A stretch of DNA of 64,000 nucleotides, from positions 12,082-76,081 of the forward strand of contig CACJZA010000005.1 in NCBI GenBank assembly GCA_902597795.1, written 5' to 3'. Each line of letters starts with the position of its first letter. The first letter of the stretch is position 1. Positions 28,635 to 37,679 of the stretch are shown piece after piece. The notes under the pieces are model-generated. The model made no database searches. It worked only from the letters and a program-made list of their open reading frames with translations, and was not told where the DNA came from. Made by a program: the position numbers and the translations under genes. This DNA is from an uncultured Alphaproteobacteria bacterium. GTDB lineage: Bacteria > Pseudomonadota > Alphaproteobacteria > HIMB59 > GCA-002718135.

Positions 28635-30236
28635 CTAACTAACGGTACTTTTTATTTGGTCGTAAGCTTTTTCAGCAATCATAATAGTCGTTGCATTTAA
28701 ATTAGCACTAACAATATCTGGCATTACAGAAGCATCAATAACTCTTAAATTTTGAATTCCATGAACCCTTAAGTTTTGGTCTACAACTGAAGTTTTGTCC
28801 TCACCCATTTTATTTGTGCATGACGGATGATATGCAGATTCAGATGTATTTTTAATAACTTCATCTAATTCGTTTTGATTAGATACATTCTTCCCAGGCC
28901 TAATTTCAGTGCCAACATATTCTTTTAGTGCTTTTTGAGATAATATTTTTTTAGCAATTCCCACACCTTCTCTCATTTGTTTTAAATCGTCTTCATGCTT
29001 AAGATAATTAAATTGTATTTTAGGATCTTCTTTATAGTTATTTGTTTTAATTTTAACAAACCCCCTACTTTTTGGTCTATTTGGACAAACATGAAATTGA
29101 AAAGCTTCAAAATTAGGATTTTCTAAACCATGATTAATAACTAAGTATGGAAAAAAATGAAATTGTAAGTTTGGATGATTATATGATTTGTCAGATTTAA
29201 CAAACCCTCCTAACTCTAAGTGTGAGTTTGCTAACCTACCTTTTTTAAACAAAAACCATTTTGATCCCTCAATTGCTTGATAGAGAAAATTTGTTGCTAA
29301 AGAATGCAATGTTTCATTTTTTTTTGATTTATATTGAATATACATCTCTAAATGATCTTGTAAATTTTCTCCCACCCCAACTAAATTATTAATTACCTCT
29401 ATTCCCAAGCTTTTAAGATGTTTTTCATTACCTATTCCGGATAATTGAAGAATTTTGGGAGAATTAATTGAACCTGCACAAAGTATAACTTCTTTATTGG
29501 CTAAATAATTATTGGTTATATTTTTTTTAATCGTTTCAACACCAATTGCAGTTTTATTTTTAAAAAGAATTTTTTTAACATCAATATTATTTATTATTCT
29601 TAGATTTTTTCTATTTTGGATTGGCTCTAAATATGCTTTAGCAACACTTTGTCTGACACCGTTGTTTATTGTTACATCAAAAGTTCCAAAACCTTCATTA
29701 TCAATATTATTAGAGTCATTAAATATTTTATATCCAGCTTCTTGTGCAGCTTCTAAAACTTTTTTAAATAAAGGATATTTTTTATCTATGTTTGATTTAT
29801 TTACTTTTAATGGTCCCTCTTTACCTCTTTCATTACTATTATGAGACCAAGTTTCTAATTTTTTAAAAAAAGGTACAACTTTTTCATATGACCAATCAGT
29901 TAAACCACTTGAAGACCATCTATCAAAATCTTCTTTATGACCTCTAGCAAAAACCATGCCGTTATGTGAAGAACATCCTCCAATCATTTTACCTCTTGGA
30001 CAATATAAAGATCTATTATTTAAAAATGGCTCAGGCTCAGTATAATATTTCCAATTATACTTTGGGTCATGCATTGCATATAGAAGTGCACTTGGCATAT
30101 CAACCTTCCATGTTTTACTGGATGGGCCAGCTTCTAATAAAATTACAGAATTTTTTGATTGTGAAGACAATCTGTTAGCTAAAACACAACCTGCTGACCC
30201 TGCTCCCACAATGATGTAGTCAGCGTTGTTATCCAC
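28635..30236 (-). CDS. betA: Choline dehydrogenase (GMC oxidoreductase)
   Basis: DYIIVGAGSAGCVLANRLS, MP.AL.Y.M, EPEP.LNNR...CPRGK.IGG.SS.NGM, GENLQDHLE.Y.QY, QFHF.P, SAYHPSCT and NLNA.TIMIAEKA. GTG start. Confidence 0.8.
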   Translation of the reverse strand: MDNNADYIIVGAGSAGCVLANRLSSQSKNSVILLEAGPSSKTWKVDMPSALLYAMHDPKYNWKYYTEPEPFLNNRSLYCPRGKMIGGCSSHNGMVFARGHKEDFDRWSSSGLTDWSYEKVVPFFKKLETWSHNSNERGKEGPLKVNKSNIDKKYPLFKKVLEAAQEAGYKIFNDSNNIDNEGFGTFDVTINNGVRQSVAKAYLEPIQNRKNLRIINNIDVKKILFKNKTAIGVETIKKNITNNYLANKEVILCAGSINSPKILQLSGIGNEKHLKSLGIEVINNLVGVGENLQDHLEMYIQYKSKKNETLHSLATNFLYQAIEGSKWFLFKKGRLANSHLELGGFVKSDKSYNHPNLQFHFFPYLVINHGLENPNFEAFQFHVCPNRPKSRGFVKIKTNNYKEDPKIQFNYLKHEDDLKQMREGVGIAKKILSQKALKEYVGTEIRPGKNVSNQNELDEVIKNTSESAYHPSCTNKMGEDKTSVVDQNLRVHGIQNLRVIDASVMPDIVSANLNATTIMIAEKAYDQIKSTVS

Positions 30237-31018
30237 TAATTCATTCTTTCAGTATTTCCATCAACAGTCATGATTTGACCAGATATATTTTCTGATGCAT
30301 CACTTAATAAAAATAAAGCCATTGATGCAATATCTTCTTTTTCTACAAATGTTTTTAATGAAACCATTGACTCTAATTCTTTTCTTACTTTATTGCTTGT
30401 TGATTTAATTAATTTAGCTTTTGCATTTATTACTTTGTCCATCCTATCACCATTCACTGAACCTGGACAAATTGCATTTACTCGTATTTTAAATTTTCCT
30501 AATTCAACAGCTAATGTTTTAGTTAATCCAATTATTGCCCATTTACTAGATGTGTAAGGAGATCTTTGAGCATAACCAAACAAACCAGCAGTTGAAGATA
30601 AATTGATAATTGATGCTTTTTTAGATTTTTTTAAGAATGGTATAGCAAATTTGGTAAAGTAAAAATGTGAACTAAGATTTGTTTTGATTGTTTGATCCCA
30701 TTCATCAATTGAAATATTCTGAAGATACTTTGTAGGCCCTGCAATACCAATATTATTTATTAATCCATCTATTTTTTTTAACTTATTTAGTGAAGTAAAA
30801 TATTCTTTTATATCTTTTGGATTTGTACAGTCTAAGTGTTGAGCAAATATTTTATTATGATATTTTTTATTTGAATTTATTTTATCAATTTTTGATTTAT
30901 TTAAATCAGATAAATGTACCTTACCACCTGAATTAATTATCTTATTTGCTATAGCAAAACCTAAACCATCCGCACCAGCAGATATAACATAATTTTTTTT
31001 ACTCAGATTGATTTTCAT
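30236..31018 (-). CDS. Short-chain dehydrogenase/reductase
   Basis: SAGADGLG glycine motif, NNIGIAGPT, NLSS and the catalytic YxxxK (PYTSSKW), plus VNAICPG. Confidence 0.9.
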   Translation of the reverse strand: MKINLSKKNYVISAGADGLGFAIANKIINSGGKVHLSDLNKSKIDKINSNKKYHNKIFAQHLDCTNPKDIKEYFTSLNKLKKIDGLINNIGIAGPTKYLQNISIDEWDQTIKTNLSSHFYFTKFAIPFLKKSKKASIINLSSTAGLFGYAQRSPYTSSKWAIIGLTKTLAVELGKFKIRVNAICPGSVNGDRMDKVINAKAKLIKSTSNKVRKELESMVSLKTFVEKEDIASMALFLLSDASENISGQIMTVDGNTERMN

Positions 31019-31285
31019 TTATTGAATATTATCTATCTCTTTTTTAGAAATATATCCAATAGTTTTACCTTTATTGTCAGTAACTACTATTGTTAAATTA
31101 TCTTGGAGAATTTTATTTTTAAAATTTTTTAGTTTTACATTTTGATTTACTTTGTAAATAGAACCTAATGTTAAATTATCTTTATTAAAATTGTTCTCAA
31201 TTATCATTATATTTTTTGCTTCTAGATTATCTATTCTATTTTCTTTGCTAGAAAAAAAATTAAGTAAAAATTTAAATATATTCAT
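31019..31285 (-). CDS. Small protein with a CBS-like domain
   Basis: 88 aa. AKNIM...V.....L......IVVTDNKGKTIGYISKKEI resembles a CBS motif. Abuts the SDR gene with a 0-nt gap. Confidence 0.5.
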   Translation of the reverse strand: MNIFKFLLNFFSSKENRIDNLEAKNIMIIENNFNKDNLTLGSIYKVNQNVKLKNFKNKILQDNLTIVVTDNKGKTIGYISKKEIDNIQ

Positions 31286-31304
31286 TATTTAAAATATAGA
31301 TTTA

Positions 31305-32918
31305 CTAGGAAGATCTTTTGTTCAGAAGATTGGTTAACCAATCAGGATCCATTTCTGGAACTGAAGACAATAAAAGTTCTGTATAATCAGGATATGGTGG
31401 GTTCAAAATTTTACTTTTCAAACCCTGTTCCACTACCTCACCTTGATACATAACAACTATTTCATCTGAGATTGCTTTAACCGTTGCTATATCATGGGTT
31501 ATAAAAATATAAGTAACACCAAGCTCTTTTTGTAATTTTTGGAGTAATTTTAATATTCCTTCTTGAACAATTTGATCTAGTGCTGATGTTACTTCATCAC
31601 AAATAATTAAATCTGGATTAGCCGCTAAAGCTCTTGCAATGCATATTCTCTGTTTTTGACCTCCAGATAATTCAGATGGTAATCTATCTAAAAAAGTTTC
31701 ATCTAGCTCAATCATTTTTAATAATTCAATAACTTTTGCTTCTCTTTCTTTACCTTTTATACCTTGATAAAATTCTATTGGCCTTCCTATTATTTCATCA
31801 ACAGTTTGACGCGGGTTCATTGCGGTGTCAGGCATTTGGAAAATAATTTGAATTTTTCTTAATTCTTCTTTTGATCTTTGTTCAAGTTTTTGAGATAATT
31901 TTTTTCCATCAAATATTATTTCACCTTTTGTTTGTGGAAGTAACCCTGTAATTACTCTTGCTGTAGTAGATTTTCCAGAACCACTCTCTCCAACTATAGC
32001 GACTGTTTTACCCTTTGGAATATCAATAGAAACATTATGTAGAACCTTTGATGATCCATATGCCGCATCAATATTTTTTATTGATAGAATATAATCTTGA
32101 TTTGTTTCTTCTGGTTTTATTAACGATCTTACCGACCAAAGAGATTTAGTATATTCTTCTTTTGGGTTAGATAGCATATCTCTTGTTTCAGCTTCTTCAA
32201 CTTCTTCACCGTATCGTAGAACCTTAATTCTATCGGCCATTTGAGCAACTACTGCTAAATCATGGGTAATATAAATTGCTGCTGTATTAAATTTATCTAC
32301 TATAGATCTCATAGCAGATAATACTTCTACTTGAGTAGTTACATCTAAGGCAGTTGTTGGTTCGTCAAAAATAATTAGTTCAGGTCTTGGTGACATAGCC
32401 ATTGCAGTCATTATTCTTTGCAGTTGACCACCTGATACTTGGTGTGGGTATCTATCTCCTATATTTTCCGCATCTGGAAGTTGTAGTGATTCATAAAGTT
32501 TAATAGCATCTTTTTTTAATACATCCGTGGGATTTATCTTTAATCTATTAGCAGCACTTATTGTTTGGTCCATTAATCTATGAGCAGGATTAAAAGATGC
32601 TGCTGCTGATTGAGCAACATAAGAAATTTTAGTCCCCCAAATTTTTCTCTTTTCAAATTCTGTTAGTTTTGCGAGATCTATTCCATTGAAATTAATTTCT
32701 CCCTTTATAATCTTACAACCTGGTTGAGTATAGCCCATTGCAGCTTTACCCATGGTCGATTTTCCAGCACCACTCTCTCCTATTAATCCTAGTATCTCGC
32801 CTCTGTATAAAGTCAAATCTACACCTTTTAAAATTTTATGCCATCTCTCATCTGAAAATCCATCAATGTGAATGTTTTTCATCTCGAGTAGAAGTTCTTT
32901 TGATTTATTTGACGTCAT
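31305..32918 (-). CDS. Dpp/Opp-type ABC transporter, fused double ATPase (DppD/F)
   Basis: Two ABC cassettes: GESGAGKS...YPHQVSGGQLQR...DEPTTALD and GESGSGKST...LSGGQKQR...CDEVTSALD. Confidence 0.93.
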   Translation of the reverse strand: MTSNKSKELLLEMKNIHIDGFSDERWHKILKGVDLTLYRGEILGLIGESGAGKSTMGKAAMGYTQPGCKIIKGEINFNGIDLAKLTEFEKRKIWGTKISYVAQSAAASFNPAHRLMDQTISAANRLKINPTDVLKKDAIKLYESLQLPDAENIGDRYPHQVSGGQLQRIMTAMAMSPRPELIIFDEPTTALDVTTQVEVLSAMRSIVDKFNTAAIYITHDLAVVAQMADRIKVLRYGEEVEEAETRDMLSNPKEEYTKSLWSVRSLIKPEETNQDYILSIKNIDAAYGSSKVLHNVSIDIPKGKTVAIVGESGSGKSTTARVITGLLPQTKGEIIFDGKKLSQKLEQRSKEELRKIQIIFQMPDTAMNPRQTVDEIIGRPIEFYQGIKGKEREAKVIELLKMIELDETFLDRLPSELSGGQKQRICIARALAANPDLIICDEVTSALDQIVQEGILKLLQKLQKELGVTYIFITHDIATVKAISDEIVVMYQGEVVEQGLKSKILNPPYPDYTELLLSSVPEMDPDWLTNLLNKRSS

Positions 32919-33825
32919 CTTTTAATCCGCTAGTAATGTAAAGATACCAATCAACAACAAAATTAATTGATACACAAAGTAAAGCAATGGCAGCAGCTGG
33001 AATTAATGGTGTTAAGCCTGCTGTTATATCATATTGAGCATATTGGATAAGTATTGCATTTTCCCTTACCATTGATGCCCAATCTGCTGAAGGGGGTTGA
33101 ATGCCAATTCCTAAAAAACTTAAACTAGATATTGTAAAAATTATAAATATGAACCTTAAACCAAACTCAATAATCAAAGGTGAAGCTATATTAGGAAGTA
33201 TTTCTTTGAAAATAATGTATGATAAATTTTCACCTCTTAACCTCGCTACTTCTACATATTCTAGAACAACTTGACCAACAGCAACTGATCTTGATATTCT
33301 AAAAAATCTAGTTGACTCCAAAATTCCTAAAATGACAATTAAATTAAAATTAGTAGGTCCAAAAACCGATAAAAGTATAAAAGTAAAAATCATTACAGGT
33401 ATAGCCATCAGAGTATCGACTATTCTACTTAATAATTGATCCAAATACTTTCTATCTAGAGCAGCTATAATTCCCAATACCGTTCCAATTCCTAAAGCAA
33501 TAAATGCAGCTAACAAACAAATACCAATTGTATTTCTTGCAGCATAAATAATTCGTGAAAATATATCCCTTCCAATTTGGTCGGTGCCAAATATATGTCC
33601 ATCACCCCAAGGTGCATAAGCAACAGGAAATATTTCTGCTTCTCCATGTGGAGCAATTAAAGGAGCAAATATTGCAGCAAAAAAATATATAAACAATACA
33701 ACCATACCAAACCAGGCTGAGATTGGAGCTTTTGATAAGGCAATTTTTAATCTTTCTAATCTAGTTCTTCTTTTAATTAAATTTGCAACTTCACTTTTTG
33801 CAGAATATGATAAATTTTCGTTCAT
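32905..33825 (-). CDS. Dpp/Opp-type ABC permease (DppC-like)
   Basis: FGTDQIGRDIFSRII, EYVEVARLRGE and LSFLGIGIQPP.ADW..MV. Confidence 0.92.
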   Translation of the reverse strand: MNENLSYSAKSEVANLIKRRTRLERLKIALSKAPISAWFGMVVLFIYFFAAIFAPLIAPHGEAEIFPVAYAPWGDGHIFGTDQIGRDIFSRIIYAARNTIGICLLAAFIALGIGTVLGIIAALDRKYLDQLLSRIVDTLMAIPVMIFTFILLSVFGPTNFNLIVILGILESTRFFRISRSVAVGQVVLEYVEVARLRGENLSYIIFKEILPNIASPLIIEFGLRFIFIIFTISSLSFLGIGIQPPSADWASMVRENAILIQYAQYDITAGLTPLIPAAAIALLCVSINFVVDWYLYITSGLKDDVK

Positions 33826-34820
33826 TTTGGATATAATAATCTTGGGTTAGAAATAATTCCGATCAAGTCAGCAATTAAATTTAATATTACATATGTTGAT
33901 GCAAAAATTAATGCGCAAGCTTGTACAACAGGTAAATCTCGATTATAGACTGATCCGACCATCAACCTACCAATACCTTGATAGTTAAAAACATATTCAA
34001 CAACAACTGAGCCAATCAACATATAAGCTAAGTTTATTGCGATTACTTGAGAAATAGGTGCCCAAGCATTTGGAAGTGCGTGTTTAACAATTACCTCGTA
34101 TCTAGAAGCTCCCGATAATTTTGCCATTTCAATATATTCACTAGATAAGATATTTATTATCGCTGACCTTGTCATTCTCATCATGTGACCCATGGTAATT
34201 AATGTCAAAGTAAAAACTGGAAGTGCAGTCCTGTAAAATCTTTCAGCCAAAGTTGTATCCTCATCTACAGTAGAAATTGTTGGAAACATTGGAAATAGAG
34301 TTGCTAGTAAAAGAATAAAAATATAGGCTGTAAAAAATTCTGGTGAAGATACGGTTACTAAGCTAACTCCAGTTGCTGACCTATCATAATAAGAGTTTCT
34401 GTATAATGCTGCTGAGATACCTAAGATTAAAGATAGAGGAATAGCCAACATGGCGGCAACCCCTGTTAAAAATAATGTATTCTTTAACCTGGGGACAATT
34501 AAACCAACAACTTCTCTAGACCTATCACCTTGATCCCCTTGAACTTTAGATCTTCCAGAGAAAGAACTACCAAAATCACCTTGAAAAACATTTCCTAACC
34601 AATCAAAATATCTTGTTACTGGAGGTTTATCTAAACCCAATTCTGCTCTTAGAGCTTTTACTGCAGATTTAGTTGCACTTTGTCCTAATATTTCAGTAGC
34701 AAAGTCTCCCGGTAAAAAAGAGAATGTACTAAATATGATCACAGAAAATGCAAAAACTGTAACTAGACCAAGACTAAGCCTTAACAAAATTGTTCTAAAT
34801 ATTGGATGAATTCTACTAAT
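33822..34820 (-). CDS. Dpp/Opp-type ABC permease (DppB-like); start probably ATT at 34820 rather than TTG at 34787
   Basis: LPGD.A..ILGQ, LGLDKP...RY..WL, YIEMA.L.G, HALPNA, VVE.VFNY.GIG and RDLPVVQ. AAGGAGG SD at 34832-34826 lies 5 nt before an in-frame ATT. Confidence 0.9.
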   Translation of the reverse strand: MSRIHPIFRTILLRLSLGLVTVFAFSVIIFSTFSFLPGDFATEILGQSATKSAVKALRAELGLDKPPVTRYFDWLGNVFQGDFGSSFSGRSKVQGDQGDRSREVVGLIVPRLKNTLFLTGVAAMLAIPLSLILGISAALYRNSYYDRSATGVSLVTVSSPEFFTAYIFILLLATLFPMFPTISTVDEDTTLAERFYRTALPVFTLTLITMGHMMRMTRSAIINILSSEYIEMAKLSGASRYEVIVKHALPNAWAPISQVIAINLAYMLIGSVVVEYVFNYQGIGRLMVGSVYNRDLPVVQACALIFASTYVILNLIADLIGIISNPRLLYPK

Positions 34821-35021
34821 ATTACCCTCCTTAAAGATACAATTTTAATTCTTAAAGTTTTGTCTAAATTAGGTCAACATGTAAGCTAAAATTAATAATT
34901 TATACGTTGAATTTAAACGTTATATATGTTTTTATATATTAACTTAAGTTTGTTTTTTGTTAAATTTCTAGAAATTATGAACAAAAATCTTAGGTTTTTG
35001 TTCAATTATAAGGGAGGACAA

Positions 35022-36650
35022 ATGAAAAATAAGAAAATAGACAAATACATTGAAGAACAGTCTTCAAAGCTAACAAAAGGGCTTATTGATAGAAGACAGT
35101 TCATGATGTCTGTCCTTGCTACTGGGGTCACGCTACCAATTGCATTATCATTAGCAGATAAAGCAGTTGCAGCTACACCAAAAAAAGGTGGACATTTAAG
35201 ATGGGGTAATAGTGCAGCAGATGCAACTGATACTCTTGATCCAGCAACTTATCAGAGCTCATTTATGCAAGCTACTGCTTGGTCATATCAAAACTGTCTA
35301 ACTGTTGTTGATTCAGATCACACAATTGTTGGAGAGCTTGCTGAGTCAATTGAATCAGATGATGCTCAAACTTGGGTATATAATCTTCGCAAAGGTGTTG
35401 AATTCCATAATGGTAAATCAATGACAGCAGAAGATGTTGTGCTCAACTATCAGTATCATATGAATCCAGATACTGCTTCGGCAGCAGGTGGACTGTTATC
35501 TCAAATTGAAACAGTTTCTGCTGATGGAAATGACAGAGTTATTTTTAAGCTAAAAGGTGCAAATGCCGATTGGCCTGCAATAACTACTGACTATCATATT
35601 ATGATTAAACCAACAAAAGATGGAGTTGTTGATGCTCAATCAACGATTGGAACTGGTCCATATATTATGGATGAATTCAATCCTGGTGTTGGTGCAAAAT
35701 TTGGAAAAAGAAATCCAAATTATTTCAAAGGTGATAGTGTTGCACACTTTGATTCAGTTGAAGTAATTGGTATTAATGATCCTGCTACTAGACAAGCAGC
35801 ATTATTAAACGGTGAAATTGACTGGATGAATGGTGTTGATCTTAGAACTGCTAATCTATTGACTAGAAATCCTAGTGTAGAAATTACAGCAGCTTCTGGT
35901 TACGCTCACTATACAGCTCCAATGAGATTGAATGTTCCACCGTTTGATAACTTTGATGTGCGTATGGCAATGAAGTTTGCAATCAAAAGACAGGAAATTG
36001 TTGATAAGATTATGCTTGGATATGGTACTGTTGGTAATGATCATCCGATCTCTACTGCTCACCCATACCACAATAGCGCTTTAGAGCAGAGAGAATTCGA
36101 TGCTGATAAAGCTGCTTATCACTGGAAAAAATCTGGAATAAGTGGACCAATTGAAATTAGTACTTCTGAGGTTCCTTATGCAGGATGTACAGATGCAACT
36201 AACTTGATAGCAGCATCTGCTCAAGAATGCGGTATCGATCTTCGAGTAAAAAAAGAACCTGAAGATGGTTACTGGAGTAACGTATGGAACACTAAAGGTT
36301 TCAGTATGAGTTCTTGGGGTGGAAGACCTACAGAGGATATGATGTGGTCTGCTGCATTCACTGATGATACTGAGTGGAATGAAGCTGCTTGGGGTAATCT
36401 AGTTCAAACTGATTCAACTGTTCGTTTCAATGAACTTGTTAGATCTGCTAGATCAGAACTTGATGCGGAAAAAAGAAAATCAATGTACTGGGAAGCACAA
36501 GCTCTTTGTAACTACGATGGTGGTGCAATTGTTTATGCATTTAACCAATATGTTGGTGCTGGTTCTAAAAAACTTGCTCACGGAGAAGATGTTGCTGGTA
36601 ACTGGGAAAGTGATGGTAACAAACTTTCCGAACGTTGGTGGTTTGCATAA
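35022..36650 (+). CDS. Dpp/Opp-family (cluster C) substrate-binding protein with Tat signal
   Basis: GGGAGGA SD before the ATG at 35022. Twin-arginine DRRQFM, a hydrophobic stretch and AVA^A cleavage site; TLDP, LAES, LRKGVEFHNGK, GTGPY and C-terminal ERWW. Confidence 0.92.
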   Translation: MKNKKIDKYIEEQSSKLTKGLIDRRQFMMSVLATGVTLPIALSLADKAVAATPKKGGHLRWGNSAADATDTLDPATYQSSFMQATAWSYQNCLTVVDSDHTIVGELAESIESDDAQTWVYNLRKGVEFHNGKSMTAEDVVLNYQYHMNPDTASAAGGLLSQIETVSADGNDRVIFKLKGANADWPAITTDYHIMIKPTKDGVVDAQSTIGTGPYIMDEFNPGVGAKFGKRNPNYFKGDSVAHFDSVEVIGINDPATRQAALLNGEIDWMNGVDLRTANLLTRNPSVEITAASGYAHYTAPMRLNVPPFDNFDVRMAMKFAIKRQEIVDKIMLGYGTVGNDHPISTAHPYHNSALEQREFDADKAAYHWKKSGISGPIEISTSEVPYAGCTDATNLIAASAQECGIDLRVKKEPEDGYWSNVWNTKGFSMSSWGGRPTEDMMWSAAFTDDTEWNEAAWGNLVQTDSTVRFNELVRSARSELDAEKRKSMYWEAQALCNYDGGAIVYAFNQYVGAGSKKLAHGEDVAGNWESDGNKLSERWWFA

Positions 36651-36665
36651 AATTTTAATTTTCTT

Positions 36666-36689
36666 TGTGGCGCATTTAAATGCGCCACA
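36666..36689. terminator. Perfect 24-bp palindrome/hairpin downstream of the SBP gene
   Basis: TGTGGCGCATTTAAATGCGCCACA, followed by TTATTT on the + strand. GC-rich stem in AT-rich DNA. Confidence 0.75.
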
Positions 36690-36714
36690 TTATTTCTACT
36701 AATCTTCCAAAAAA

Positions 36715-37638
36715 ATGTTTTTAAAAAATAAGAAATACCTCTTTGATGGAGGTTCCGGTCAAACTTTAATGGAAATGGGTTTAAAGACAACAGGTGATCT
36801 TTGGTCTGCAAAAGCTTTATTAAATGAAAATAATCACCCAATGGTCGTAGAAATGCATAAAAATTTTATAAATGCAGGATCAGAATTAATCGTTACTTCA
36901 AATTTTAGTGTTAGAAGAAGACTATTAAAAAAATATAATTTACTTGATAGATTTGAATTTGGAATACGATCTGCTGGAGCACTGGCATTAAAAGCAAAAA
37001 ATGAAAGTGATAAAAAAGTTATTGTTGCAGGCTCATTGCCAAATCAAGGTAATACATATTCCCCAATACATTTTGAAACTGATGAAACCATGTTTAATTA
37101 TTTTCATGAAATTGCAAAAATATTAAAAGATTACGTCGACATTTTTTACTTAGATGTTTTGTGTTCTATCAAAGAAATAAAAATTGCTTTAGAAGCTTCA
37201 AAAGAATTTAATAAACAAGTTCTTGTAGGTGTACACTTACGTTATGATGGCAAATTACCATCTGGAGAAAGTCTTGATGAACTTTTTGAAATTATTCAAA
37301 AATTTAATTGCTGTGGCATAGTATCTGCCTGCGTATCACCAGAAATCGTTAATTTGAGTATTCCTATGTTTAATAAACAAAAGCTTCCTTTTGGTTATAA
37401 AATGAATTTATTTAAAGAATTGCCTACGAGTAATAAAGAAAAATTTAATTCAGAAGGTTTTGAAGGACATTATGATTATATTGATCCCGTTGAGTTACTT
37501 GGAACTCGAAATGAAGAATTTGGAGAAGAAAAATATAAAAAGTTTGTTTTAAATTCTTTAAATGCAGGTGTTACTCTAGTTGGTGGATGCTGTGAAGTAA
37601 AGCCACGACATATTGAAGCTATTAAGAATTTATTTTAA
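36715..37638 (+). CDS. Homocysteine S-methyltransferase family protein (BHMT/MmuM-like)
   Basis: DGG.GQ.L, LWSA.AL, H..FI.AG, VAGSLP, LPSGE, Zn ligands AC.SPE and GGCCE, and P.HI. Confidence 0.85.
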   Translation: MFLKNKKYLFDGGSGQTLMEMGLKTTGDLWSAKALLNENNHPMVVEMHKNFINAGSELIVTSNFSVRRRLLKKYNLLDRFEFGIRSAGALALKAKNESDKKVIVAGSLPNQGNTYSPIHFETDETMFNYFHEIAKILKDYVDIFYLDVLCSIKEIKIALEASKEFNKQVLVGVHLRYDGKLPSGESLDELFEIIQKFNCCGIVSACVSPEIVNLSIPMFNKQKLPFGYKMNLFKELPTSNKEKFNSEGFEGHYDYIDPVELLGTRNEEFGEEKYKKFVLNSLNAGVTLVGGCCEVKPRHIEAIKNLF

Positions 37639-37679
37639 AATTTTTTTTTAATTATTTTGTGATAAGTTAAGTATTTTTT

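Noticed and set aside
34926-35021. N-terminal extensions in the ORF track (SBP from 34926, also potI 18103, aguB 22008, dmdA 42176, OsmC 43281)
   Set aside because: Downstream ATGs have better SD or coupling and match family N-termini. The extensions overlap neighbours or regulatory DNA.
34821-35021. Riboswitch (SAM-V, glycine or TPP) upstream of the transporter or methyl-transfer genes
   Set aside because: No recognisable conserved aptamer core by eye, and the other intergenic gaps are too short. An Infernal scan would be needed to exclude it fully.
36430-36841. ORFs 36430-36702 (+) and 36578-36841 (-) sharing the peptide VAHLNAP
   Set aside because: The shared peptide is an artefact of both frames crossing the 24-bp palindrome. 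Both ORFs overlap real genes.
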